Source: Anthoceros angustus (lineage: Eukaryota; Plantae; Anthocerotophyta). Taken from it: DNA of 64,000 nucleotides. The position numbers were made by a program, and so were the translations under genes. The notes under the pieces are model-generated. The model worked only from the letters and a program-made list of their open reading frames with translations, was not told the DNA's origin and made no database searches. The stretch lies in contig MU008172.1 of assembly GCA_010909165.1 (NCBI GenBank), forward strand, positions 372,001 to 436,000, given 5' to 3'. Shown here in pieces: positions 11,280 through 23,700 of this stretch (the first letter of the stretch is position 1; each line of letters begins with the position of its first letter).

Positions 11280-12840
11280 GAAGAAACTATCCCCTGCATT
11301 TTCTAGCAGATCATCATTTCAAACTAGGAGTCCACGCTCCAAACCCCAGGCAAAAGCAAGCTCTGCATATCTAGATTGTGGAGTGAAGAATCTCAGGAAC
11401 TCGTGCGGCTTTGATGTAAGGAACTGGAGAGTGCTCGTTGTGCGTTCCTGATACTCGAGGGCTTCTGAGAGTACTGAATCTTATGCTCGATTTCAAGTTT
11501 GGCAACAACTGCAGGGCCGTGGGAGAATACCAAACACCACAAGCACCAAGCAACTGGCAATGAAGAACTACAACGCATCTAGAAAGCGGGCACAAAGAAT
11601 CCTGACTTCATGAATCACGAAATGGACTTGGGACATTGGCTTATCATAAGAACTGAACACACAGCGATGATAAGAACTGAACACATTGCACGCTTGTGGC
11701 ATTCCTTGACCAGTATTTATACAAGCTCGTACTCATAATCATAACACAACGCACATGGTTGCCCATGTGCTCACCTATCTATGATTGGCATTTAGTTGGC
11801 AGTCATGTGCCAAGTGCACTTAATGTTTAAACTTAATGTTTAAAGCAGAATTCCTAGATTACAAGCTGCCCACTATTTTTGTCAGCACTCCCACTTAGCT
11901 TGAAAATCCATCAATTGGCCAAACCAAAGACATACGAATCTTCTCATGGTGGTCTTAAGGAAGGGCTTGGTCAAAGTATCTGCAATCATACCTTCCGAGT
12001 TACATTTGAAATAGAATCTCAATATCATTACCTACCCGCTCTCATACAAAATGGTGTTGTATGTCGATATGTTTCATCCTGGACTGATATTTAGGATCTT
12101 TCGCGATTGCCATGCATGCTGCCCTGGTTGTCCGTATACATCAGTATAAGAGTAGGTTGCTCGAACCCTAAGCCCTAAGGCTCGAAGCCATATGGAGCGC
12201 TATGCCCATTGGCAACCCCGAGGGTCAACTTGAGGTCCTTCGTGCCCTGCAAGTACCGACAGAAACGTTTGGCGACAGCCCAGTGCTAAGGAGCTAGGTT
12301 GCTAATAAACTGCGAAACATGTCCAATGGAAAACCCAAGATCGCCTCATGTCGTCAAACAATAAACAAGGCTACCTACAACACTTTGATAGGGCACATTT
12401 GCCATGAATTGCTGCTCCTCATGAGTGAGCGGGTCCGTTCGCTATATAATCTTGCTACCGGTATCCAGAGGGGTGCTCACAGGAATGCGATCATGCATAT
12501 TGAAGCGCTTCAAAATGGTCTTGATGTAGGCAGTTTGGTCAAGCCATAGAGCGTTGCCTGGTTGCATGATTCTTCCGTCTCACCTGGACTCCTAAAAGAT
12601 GCTCAACCTCACCTAGTTCAACCATCTCAAAGCATTTCTGCAGCTCCGTTTTGACATGGCAAGCTTTTCCAAACTGTTGCTGATCAGTAGTAGTTCATCC
12701 ACACAAACAGCCATCCATACAAAACCATCGAGCTCTTGAAGTACATAGATACTATGGTCAATCTCAAGCCTCTCAAACCCTAATGCACGGAGATCAAAGT
12801 CAACGATCTTATACTAGTCATGTCCCAACTATTTTAAGTT
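11280..12840 (-). mobile_element. Ty1/Copia LTR retrotransposon relic (RT, RNase H, PPT, probable 3' LTR)
   Basis: Minus-strand HSIYV...AVCVDELLL (YVDD equivalent), LDQTAYIKTILKRFNM, VPYQSVVGSL, YTDNQG, MKHIDIQHHFV; purine tract aagtgggag then tg near 11887; left LTR boundary approximate. Confidence 0.85.
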
Positions 12841-14026
12841 GTGCACTTCGAGTAAGCACCGAGCATCGAAAGGAAGAAATGACAGGCGGTGCGTTGGTGG
12901 TCCGGCAAGATACTTGAAGCTTATGTAAACAACAATGTCACTCGACACCAGTGAAACAAATCTAATATGTTACATAAGTCCGATTCACAAACTCAGGGTC
13001 TGATTCCGCATTTTACACTGAACTCCGCCTGGCGGAGTGGGAACACGTTGCCCGAGTCACCGAGCGAGCGGACTGCCCCGAAGAGGAACATCTTGGCTCT
13101 AGTGACGAGCCCTAACATGTGGTGGTGAGTGTAGGTACTGAAGAGCTTCGCTCGCTGTTCCTTGCGAGCCGGAAGGAGGAGTTAAGCGTGCCGGAGCGGT
13201 TGCTAGCGACGAGAGCAATGGAGCCAAGGAAGGGAGGAGCCCAGACTGGCCTTGCTTATGCAGACGCGACCACGGAGGTACTGCGGTTGCCTAGCCTCAT
13301 CGGAATGTGAAGCCATACACCGAACGAACCATGGAAGGGAGGAATCGAGTGGAGAGTGATGAATGGGAGCAGAGCAAGCAAGGGGGGCTAGCAGTTGCTA
13401 GCCGAAGGACGCGGACAAATGCTTAAACGTTTGGTAGCGCGGACCCTACGGTCTATGGGATCAGAGAGCATAAGAGGAAAGAGAGTGTGCGGAAGAGGCG
13501 GGTGGGGATCGACACCGAGGTAACCTTAGATTGCGGAAGGTGAGCCGCAAAGGGGTCCGGTTCGTTGATCGGGTCGGGCTGTACCCCAGGTACTTCTTTT
13601 GGCACAAGGTGAGCCTGGGCGCTCGGGCTCACTTGTGGGTCCTGTCCGCTGACATCGACTGGTGAAGGACCCATGCGATTGTGCGCTCTTTCAAGGAAGC
13701 GTCGGGAGTATCGCTCCGCGGCTAGGGGTCCGGGGAATTTGCCGGTGCCCGGTGGACCGGGTCCGACTAGACAGTCTGGGCTTTTGGCCTAGTGTCCACG
13801 ATAAGTCCGTTACTGTTGGTCCGGACCAGACGGAGTTCCACCCAAAGTAGTTAGAAATAATAGGCTAACGGTGTGGCATGAAACATTCCCTTAGGATCAT
13901 ACCACTTACTACATGATATGGGATATAGTATGCACCTGGATGGTCCGCCAGCAAAAGTACGTCAGAGAAGAAATAAGCTCACTCAGTAAGTGCACAACAA
14001 TGAAAGGAAAGTATGGGTTATTAATA

Positions 14027-14375
14027 CCGTACCCCGAGAGGTGGTTCAACAGGATAATGCCGAAATAAATATTTTTTGAAAAAAATAAGGTTCAACATAA
14101 ATATTTATATTTTTAAAATTTCAACATTTACAAAAAATAATTTTATCAAATTTCAACATTTATTAAAATACATAGGTATATATATAAAACTAATGGATAT
14201 GTATAGACCTCGCCTAAATAGGCCCTAATTTTCCACACAAACCCTAGTTTCCTTATTTTCGACATCATAAACTCATAAATTTTTACCTATTCAACATTTT
14301 AAGTATAATAATTTCTGGATTTTTAAATTTTACTAATTTTAATTAATTAACGTCGAATCACCCCTTGGGGTACGG
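14027..14375. mobile_element. Tc1/mariner-type MITE
   Basis: ~24-bp imperfect TIRs ccgtaccccgagaggtggttcaac and gtcgaatcaccccttggggtacgg, flanked by TA on both sides; AT-rich interior. Confidence 0.85.
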
Positions 14376-15931
14376 TACTCCAGGTCGTTATGAATGGGGT
14401 TGTTGTCTCTCTCAATCTTTCTGCGCTTTAAAAGAATATTGTATTCTCTTCCAGGTAGTTTAATAGGAAAAAAAATAGAAGTACATGTGTACGCACAGGG
14501 CAATACTTCAATAAAGGCAAAGCTCAAAAATAGTTAATATGGTGCAAATGATATTTCACGGTGCAAATCTACCTCTTGTTCAAAAACTATGACGAGTCTT
14601 ATATGGTAGTAGAATACGAAAAAGACCAGGTAACTCCATCTTGTTAGAGATTCAGAATATGGTTGGCTGCGTAATTGGCTGGCCTAATTTATTTCTTATC
14701 TCTAATTGAGCTTTTCAACCCAACTCAATCCGAAGAAACTTAGAAATCCAAGTTTATATGATTGAGGGCTTGTACACTCTTTCAAGAGCCACATGAATTT
14801 GATGAGATTGGCTGAGATGATGCTCTATTCTTGTCCACAACTGAGTGATTCTTGAAGAGGGGCAGTCCATCCGTCAAGATCCTTAAAATTTCCACCTGAA
14901 TCTTAATGATCAATTTTTCATAGTATCGTGAGAATTGTTGACCTTAAGGTACCCACATTGAGCTCACAATGGAAGTGTTGTGAATTTTTGCTGTCCAGAT
15001 TGTGTCGCTTTATCTGTGAATTCCCAACTCATGCAGATCAGCCTAAATGTGTTTTTCTAGGCTTGACACTTCTACTCTAACAATTGTTGCCTCAAAAGCG
15101 GAGCCATCGCGTTGATTGCCCCTCAACAGGAAGGAATGTTTCATTTTTGCTCAATTGTATGTGCGCCGTTGTGCTTGTGCTACTAATGGGCATTAGTGCA
15201 ATGCTGGTCAAGCCAGACAGATTGAGCCGGTGAAAGGTCGCATGTGAAGCAATTTGCTAACGCTGCTGGTCAAGATTGGTGTAATGCTGACTAGGCTAGA
15301 GAGATTGGCCTGGTTAGTTGGGAGACGATATTGCTAATACCATGACAATTGTGGCGAAGCCCTTTTAAGACAATAATTAAATATATACTATTTAATCTAT
15401 CATTACTAAATACTTGAGAAAGCATGAAATATGAAATACAAACTAAATTACTTGGTTACAGTCTTATCCGCAGTTTGAAAAACTTTGAACTTCGACCGGA
15501 GTTAAGTATAACAAAATATCCACGTCTTTCATCCGTGGGATAGAAACTCAACTGATTATCAAAGTATAGTTTACTTCTTCAATATGTAGGGGCCGGCGGT
15601 CCACGTGCAACACCATAAAGCGTGAAATCATCTTTCAGTTCAGTTGAGTAGGCATAGTATTAAGTCATAAAGTAAATGACAACTACACAAAACTCGTTTA
15701 CACAAAAACAATGATAAAACTCAAACTTACCTTAAACTATTCTTCCAGAGACTCCATCGAACTCGTCTATGGATGATGTGGACCATGTGAAACTGTTGTA
15801 GTTGAGCTCCACAACAGTTTCACTCCTCAAATATTCTAACCTTGCAACATTTGAAGAAGATGATGTGGACAACATGAAACTGCTAAATTTGAACTCTTCA
15901 AACACTTTGACCTCTGCGATATTTGAAGAAC

Positions 15932-16562
15932 GTCAGCACAGTTTATATCTCCATGTGTGTTGCACAAGTTTATGCTTCGATGGAAAAACCAATCTACAGT
16001 CTTTGCGAGGATGAATAAACTGATGTCGTTGCACATGAAAACTATCAGAGGTTGACCACGTAAAATAACTTTTGTAAGATGAAAATTAAAATTATAAATA
16101 AATATTAGAAACTAAGAGATAATACATGATATTCATACAGTACATGGTCGACTATGAATAAATAGCTATGAGTTAAAAATAAATCATAATACAACTAAAA
16201 ATTAAACATTCAAATTATGAATTCCAAACTTCCTACTCTCTCTCAAGGTCAGCACAGTTGATATCTCCATGTATGTGCTATACAAGTTTATGCTCCGATG
16301 GAAAAACTCATCTAGAGTCTTTGTGAGGACAAGTAAAATGATACCGTTGCACGTGACTATGTACTATCAGAGATTGACCACATAAGATAACTTTTGTAGG
16401 ATAAACATTAAATTATAAGTAAATATTAAAAACTATGAGATAATAAATTGATATTTAAACATCCATGATGTATAAAAAACTATGAGTTGAAAATAAATCA
16501 TAATATAACTAAATATTTAAACATTAAAATTATGAATTTCAAACTTCCTACTCTCTCTCAAG
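15932..16562. repeat. ~315-bp diverged tandem duplication, AT-rich
   Basis: Both units start gtcagcacagtt and end ttcctactctctctcaag. Confidence 0.85.
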
Positions 16563-16776
16563 GTAAGCAAGTGTTTCTTAACAAGGGCGATACGAGAAGT
16601 GCGGTGAGGAGCGTAGTGAGGCGCCAGTTAAACGGCTGTTAGGAGCGAGGTGAGGCGGAGGGGTGGTGAGGAGCATGGTATGGGGCCCGCGGTAGAGGGA
16701 GTAGAGGAAGTAGAGGGAGCTTGGTAGGCGCGAGGCGTGGTCTCACAATGGAAGGCCGTGTGTGGAGGCGTAGGGG

Positions 16777-18960
16777 TTGCGTGGCTTTCTTTGGGTGGTC
16801 TGTTGGGAACGGTCTATGTCTAGCTCCAAAACTATTTTACTCCCGAGGATCTCTCTAGTAACTCCTCGGAGCCCTCTTCATTATCTAGAGGGGGATATTG
16901 CTTCTCCGCAGGGACTTCTTGTTCTAGGCGTCCTAGTAGGGCCCTTGGCCTTTATACAGGAATACGTGGACACGGGTTTGAAAAAGGATTTGGTGCCTAT
17001 TGGTGATCTTTCTCACTTGGGAGACCCGCATCTAGCATTGGGTAATTTTTCTTCCTGCCTCGCGCGTTGGTCGAGGTACCTTATCCGGATGGTACCTCCA
17101 TCCCCGGCTTTTTTGTCTACCCTAAGAGGCTTTGACAAACAGGTTATGCAAGCGTTGGGCGATATCATCGGCCCGAGCATCTTCGAGTGCGTCGCTTGGG
17201 ATCTTGCAAGGCGGCAAGCATCCTTATGTATCACTTTTGGGGGAATAGGTCTTCTGGCCACGGAGGCCTCTGAACCGGCGGCCTTTCTAGGAAGTTGGGC
17301 TCTCTCTCTCCCCATCCTAGCCTCCCATTTCTTAGTCAGGGATTCCCGCAGCTTGGAGGCCTTCGTCGTTGAGAAGGGAGCTTTCGCCTTGGAGGTGTCC
17401 TTAAGGTTGGCTAGAGGATTTTTACCCTCCTAGGCTAGGGCAGCCATGCCTTATTTTTCCTCCTTCCTCGAGGTTGGGTCGCATGGGCTTCAAGCATCTG
17501 TCCTTATGAAACAATATGAGCAGGCGCAGCTAGTCATTCTTCGAGACTCCTCCATTCCCGGCTCACTCGACGTCGCCTCCGTTCTTCCTCGGGGAAGGAA
17601 GCAAGTTCCTAGCTTTTGGCCTGTCATACGAGCTAAGCACTTGCTCAAGCATGAGTGTTTCCTCTACCGACAACCAAGCAAAACAAATCTATGCATATGT
17701 AGGTGCAAACCAAAACAATAGGAGACAATAGCTCGCACGTTATAGCACAAACACAGTCTCCACACGAGAACAACATCGCTATCTGATTCATAACTTTGGC
17801 CTCCTCACAACACTCTTGTATTGCATGTCTAGAGGACAAGCTATGATCTGAGCTCGTCTTTTGTGAAAGGTCTATATATACTAACCTTTAGCATGGGCAT
17901 TTTCGTAAGATATCGTATTGGCATCAACATATGCTAGAAACATCCTAAGAATACATTATAATATGCAAGGAATATCCTAAAGCATATTACTAGTGCTTAT
18001 CCACTTAGCTATCACTAATTAATTTTTAATTAAGAGTAAGCAATTATTATTAACATAAGTACTTTAAATAATTAATACTAATTATTTACTTAAATATAAA
18101 TAATTTTATTAATTAAAACTAATCAATAATTAATCCCAAGGGCTTAGATTATGTCACACGACATGACAGATCCGACCTTGCATCCAGGCTTTTCGATTCG
18201 CATAAGCCTTTTTTTCTACCGCTACGAAGTTCCATTTGGGCTTAGTCCAACCCCTAGCCTGCTTTCTCTTAACTTACAGTTGTGGGGATCCCCTCGACGA
18301 CTCTAGGACCCACCTAGCTCATTTGTCCACAGCGGGCAGCCCATTGCTATACGCCTTGCATTTAGTTCGGCCGCCGGTGGCGTGCTACGGTGTCTCGACG
18401 ACTTTGGGATAGTGATCGACGGGCGTTTGACCATGGGCTGTACCTGTATAACATGCAGACGCAGTCTGCGACGTCATGTTTTTTGTGGCTGCGGAGAGTG
18501 GGTTTTTTTTCTTTAGGGAACGCCCATATACCCTGCTCAACGGTGTTTATCTCAGGGCTGATATGTTTTTGACCATGGGAAACCAGGTTTCTGTTGCAGA
18601 TGAAGTTGTAATAGACGCCATCAAGGACACCGTTTGCGAGCATGTTATCCTCAACCCACCGAGTTAGGCAGCGGAGGAATGCGCAACAGCCAAGGTCCAC
18701 AAGTACTCTCAATGCAGGTCGGCCACACCTTCATCCCTCTTGCCAGCGAAACTCATAGGGCCGTGGGCAAGGAATTCTCAAAGTTCATTAAGGCTTGTGC
18801 CAAGCCTTACTGCAGCCACAAGAATAGGGTCTCCCCCTTTCTTGCAGTGTAGCTTTCTTCACACAGTGGGTGTCCAGCCCTACAGAAGGTGCTGTAATGT
18901 AGTGTACAGGACGATAGAGAGCATAGGGGATGTGGCATCTTTGATTGGCAATAGTAGGTA
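16777..18960 (+). mobile_element. Decayed CRE-like non-LTR retrotransposon (RT C-terminus/thumb, CCHC remnant, restriction-like endonuclease)
   Basis: GLLVLGVLVG...ARRQASL.ITFGGIGL...AAFLGSW; CGDPLDDSRTHL; RADMFL...VADEVV...AKVHKY...FIPLASETH (RLE PD..D-type core); stops and frameshifts. Confidence 0.75.
17622..18168. mobile_element. Probable solo LTR inserted in the CRE-like element
   Basis: Termini tgtcat...atgaca; CRE coding sequence (ASS*LLA / PTLHPGFSI) resumes across it; TSD not clean (tggcc vs gatcc). Confidence 0.55.
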
Positions 18961-19136
18961 GGTACTTTCATACCCCACACCACAACATTCTAGGAGTGGA
19001 AAATGATTTCAAGATGGTGATCATGGGACTAGTCCCCAAGGCCGGGTGCCCTCCTAAGGGTTGTTCCCTTTTGTCTCCAATTAGATGGGATCGGATCTCC
19101 CATCAATCAGGTTCCTCTCTTTGACATGTGGTAACT

Positions 19137-19222
19137 AAGTGCTTCTTCACATAGGGTATGACAAGTCGTAAACAAGTGGTTCTTCACATAGGGTCGGACA
19201 AGTGGTTCTTCACATAGGGTCT
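19137..19222. repeat. Three short direct repeats aagtg(g/c)ttcttcacatagggt
   Basis: Direct inspection. Confidence 0.8.
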
Positions 19223-19346
19223 GTACCTAGTTTGATACTTAGAAAAGACCATATATAGTGCGTACATACATGGAGATAACAGCACATACATGGATAGGGG
19301 CACAATACCTATTAGGTAGATGAATACTCAGAGCTTTGACAAAAGA

Positions 19347-20639
19347 TCACTTGTCCGAGCGTGACCGTGACCGCGACCGTGCGGTGCTTGAAGGAAATGG
19401 TTGCAACAATCCCTCACGGAGACAGTAATCCAATGCCACAGCGGCGAAAGCAATGGTCACCAAACTTTCCCCTGCGTCAAGACAAGCTTGCAGCACCTCA
19501 CTTAAACCTTGGTCCGGGAAGCTCACCAAGGCCTGCGTTGTATCCACTTGCGCAATACCTTCACAATCGTCCACACTTCGTCAGGTATAGTCTGTTCAGG
19601 CGCACGACAGTCCAGACAGGAGTCGCTGGTGAGATTTGCTGACCTCGGACAAGGGCAAACGCGGCTGCAGCCCCGGCTTTGAGCTGAAAGTTGCCCAGAT
19701 CTCGCCTCACGATGTATCGGTAGCACACGCCAAAGAGAGCGCAGCTCAAAAACACGCCCGCTACCCCGACGATTCCGGACAGTCCTACATTCCTCTCCGA
19801 GAGAAGGAAAGGGAGGCTAGCGACGCTTCCCACCAGAGACGACACAGTAGCTGCCTTGCCTGACTCTATCCTTTCCGCATCCTCATCCACGGTAGCACTT
19901 TCCCACTTTCCGGAGATTTCCTCCGAGCTGTCGCCAACTCGAGCAGACACCAGAGCTATGCTAGCTTCATACAATTCCTGCTCAGCATCCGCTACTTCGT
20001 CTCGATACTTGGCCACCTGAATCACCACAAGGATGCGAGCAGGCTTAGAATCCACTTGGCCTCTCCACGTCCATAAGCAAATGCTACGACTCACGGGAGC
20101 TGAACACATTCAGCCCCAAACCGCAAAGAACATCCTGGAAACAGTGTTCATACGGCAGAATCTGCAGCAGCTTGTTCCTCAGCATAACGTTCTATTTCGG
20201 CCCGCAAGTCCGCAATCTCTTGCTCTCTCTTCTTATGCTTTTCCAGGTCCGACTGTAAGGACGAAACTCTTGCTGCTGCTGCCGCCAAGTCCTTGAGCAA
20301 TGCCTGTGACTCCTCATCATTCAACACCTTTCCTGCCTCGGACTCGACATCGAATCCTTCCTTCCCATCGTGCCATGTTTCCTGCTTTGCTACATTTTCG
20401 ACTCCATTCTCGTCCAGTGGTCCATTTTCCTTGCCGTTGCTGGCATAAGCACAGCCGTCACGCTTACTTCTCACAGCGGCCTCCTGCACCCAACTGATCC
20501 TAGGGAATGCGTGCCAGACCCATGTTGAGCCCACTGCAGGGGCCATAAAAACCTTGAAGCTGCCATGCACCACTCCCTGATGCTGTGGTCCGCATCTCTG
20601 GGAGAGGGCCAGGCGGGGTCCGCAACCCATGGCAGCCAT
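19347..20639 (-). CDS. Conserved plastid-targeted protein with coiled coil and membrane domain of cyanobacterial type; 3 exons
   Basis: Transit-peptide-like N-terminus; ERIESGKAA...SCALFGVCYRYIVRRDLGNFQLKAGAAAAFALVRG; last exon ends ALDYCLREGLLQPFP...DK*. Confidence 0.8.
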
Positions 20640-20695
20640 GGCAACTAACTTCTGTCATCTGACTGAAAACTTCAGCCTTCACTGGACTGGTCGTT

Positions 20696-20708
20696 AAACC
20701 CTAAACCC
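20696..20708 (+). promoter_or_regulatory. Telo-box (AAACCCTAA) in a 135-bp divergent intergenic gap
   Basis: aaaccctaaaccc between the two head-to-head ATGs (20639 and 20775). Confidence 0.6.
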
Positions 20709-20774
20709 AGGAGCATCCCGCGCTTAGAAGTTCAAAACTGGCATGGTCGCGTGGCGGTGGCCAGCCCGTCCTCA

Positions 20775-23700
20775 ATGCTGCAGCTGCCGGAGGCGGACGT
20801 AGTTTTGCTGCATTCCATAATCGATGATGAAAAGTTCCTGCCTGTGTTGCTGCGTTGGATTGATCCTCAGAGTCATGGACGGGCAGAGCTTTTACCCGAT
20901 CCGACCTCCCTAGAGACTGAGGTACTATCTAACGCTCATCCGCAAGTTGCGATAACAGACTATCCTTCTCTGCTGAAGGCATAGATGGCCTGTTACAGGT
21001 CCTGTTTTACTCACCAGTGAAGTCAACTTCTCTGGACACGGCTGGAGGTTGGAAGGACAAGTTGAATGGCACTTCTCCTCAGTCCTTTGCGTTGTCTTTC
21101 CTGCATTACATGCGGGCACAGCTTCAGCCATATTTTTCTAGTCCTGACCAAGCTTCTGGAGATGCACATTGTGGTTCCAGAAATAGGCTCAATGCAATGC
21201 TGAAGTCAGTTGGAATGCCAACCGAGGCCAACAGTACGCCGCGTACGAATGTTGGTCAGGTTGAACCCCGATTGGGAAAAACAGCTACCTTGGACGCCTC
21301 GTTCGAGCACAGGGAAGAACGAAGGAAGGCACTGCCCAGAACGAGCCTGTACGAAGATGAGTTCCCTGTGCTTGGGGCGCCATGCTCAACTACCATACAA
21401 CCAAGTGCACCGCAAGAATCAAAACAGGTTATTTGCATTCTCTCTGGGATCAGTTCACGTCTCCTCCTTTGTCAAGACTGACCATATGCATCGTCTTCTT
21501 TCAGAAACGGAGAGTCACCCCCACTCAAACGGCAGATCTGGCTGTGAGTAGCGCATTTGTTCTTGCAAAAGTGGAATCAGCTGCAGTCAATCATGGCCAC
21601 ATTCAGGCAAAACGCTTGGGACCCAGAAATCTAGAAGTGGACATGGGAATTCTTATGGAGCGATGTGACAAAAACCGAAAGCCAAGGCCACGGGAGAAAG
21701 TTCGACGTGGTAAAAAGAAGAACCAGGTATCTTCGGATGATGTCATACCATCTGAAATTCTGGGACCTTCAAATGATGAGTCTTCTCAGAGGCAACATGA
21801 TTCTCATAAAGTTCCCCCTTCAGCTGATGAGGGCTCATGTGCTGCACGAGATGCTGGCCCTGAAAATGCTGTAACGAGGCATGCAGAATCTGGCACCAAT
21901 CTCTTGTCGAGTATGCAGCTGTCTGGAGGCGATTTTCAACATGATGCCAGCAATGGTCCTTGTCGTTCCCTCCCAGGAAGGCTTCTCAGGTTGTCTACTG
22001 TGCATGCAAAACTCATGGTCTCGAGAATGGTTCCATCCTTGCTTGCGGAGCTTCAATTTCTGCTTCAGCTTCTATATATAGTAGGGACACCGGCTAGCAG
22101 TCACACCGAACAAATTGCTCACGGCAATATAGTGTTTCATGACTGCGGTGACTGTCCTCTATATGCGTGTGCCGTCCTGGAGCAAGCTGGGCCAATCGTG
22201 GAATATGGTACATACTGGTCGAATGTTGGCAGTTTGTGCTGCAATGTATCTTTTCGTAGCTGCATTCGTGATTTCCATGTTCCGTTGGTTGACAGACATT
22301 TTTGTTTCGTTGAATCAATGGTGATGTGCATGCAGTTGGTGAAGCCCTACTTGCTGCACTGGTTGATGAGCCTGCAATATCCAAGCATACACCAGAACTA
22401 CTTGCTCGTTTAAAGGCAGCCCTAATAGGCCAGCAGGCTGCATCACTACGAAGTGACAAAGCATATGAGCATGTTGTTCCGACTGATGCTGCTCACTCAT
22501 CACCCCGTATTCATCTGCGTCTGACGGCAATACCTGGATTGCCAGTCTCCCTGCCTTTCCAGTCAGCACGAGATTCCCGCCATAATTTTAAAACACCTGT
22601 ATGGAGATCTTCATGACAAAGCATTTCTTTGCTCTGAACTTGTGCTTTAAATGTTGCTGGTATAATCCAACCTCGTTGTGTGCAGAAGGAAATCAAGGTC
22701 TATAACAATCGTGAGCAATGTCGTGACCTCTTCTACTCTGTCATTCGAGAAGGTGCTGCAGCCTACAGTGCGTTTGGTTGTGGTGCACATGAGTCAGAGG
22801 AACAAGGCTACACAAAGATAGAAGAGTGCTCCAAGCAGTTTCTCAAAGTCTTGCTACTTGACAATTATTCATGGTTTGCAGGTTTTTTCTTCAGACCCTC
22901 AGTGATGAATTTTAGTTCATTGTCAGTCCATTGATGGATATTCGGTCTCACACATTATAGTTTAGACAGTGTAGAACAGTGTTTTAGATTTCAATACTGA
23001 ATAGTCTTCCTTACCTATGCCATCGTGGGGTTTGTTCAATGCACTGCAGAGTTATTTTTGGAGCAAGTTTTGCAGGTAGGCATTTCTTCTGTGAGGTTAC
23101 GGTTCTTAGATTGCTTACATCACAGCTTGTAGTGACTAACTCGATCGTGATCCTCCAGGTTTATATATGTGGAGATGCAGACCCAGTTGTAGTGGGTTTG
23201 GCCCATCAAGACCAAATGAAGCTGCAGAAGCTCCATGATAGGTTAACAGGAACAGCCGGTTGCACTGGTTCAGCCCGAAACCAAAAGCAGCCTTTCTCTG
23301 GCAATGGAAACGGTGATGTTCGGCTTCAATTGTCCCCAAGTAGTCCCTGGAGTCAAGTAAAGAATATTCACTCCACTAATTTAAAGAAGGGGAATAATCT
23401 TGCAAGTTTGCAAGCTATGCATGAGGAAAGAGCAGCTCTCTCCAAAGAGCATTTGGACTTTCAAGAGAACCTGAAGAGCAGGTTTTCGAGTTTTTTCCCT
23501 CAATTTCTGAGGGTTTACATATGGTTCTTGGAAGTCAATGACAGCCATCGGTTGAATGCCCATCTTATATGGAGCATAACACACAAGATCTCCAACTTAA
23601 CTGAGTAAGTTTTACAATCAGAAGGGGAAGAAAAATGGGTGATGGTTTTGTAACATCTAGCATGATCTGACGACTATCCATGCATGGAACTCTTTGTTTC

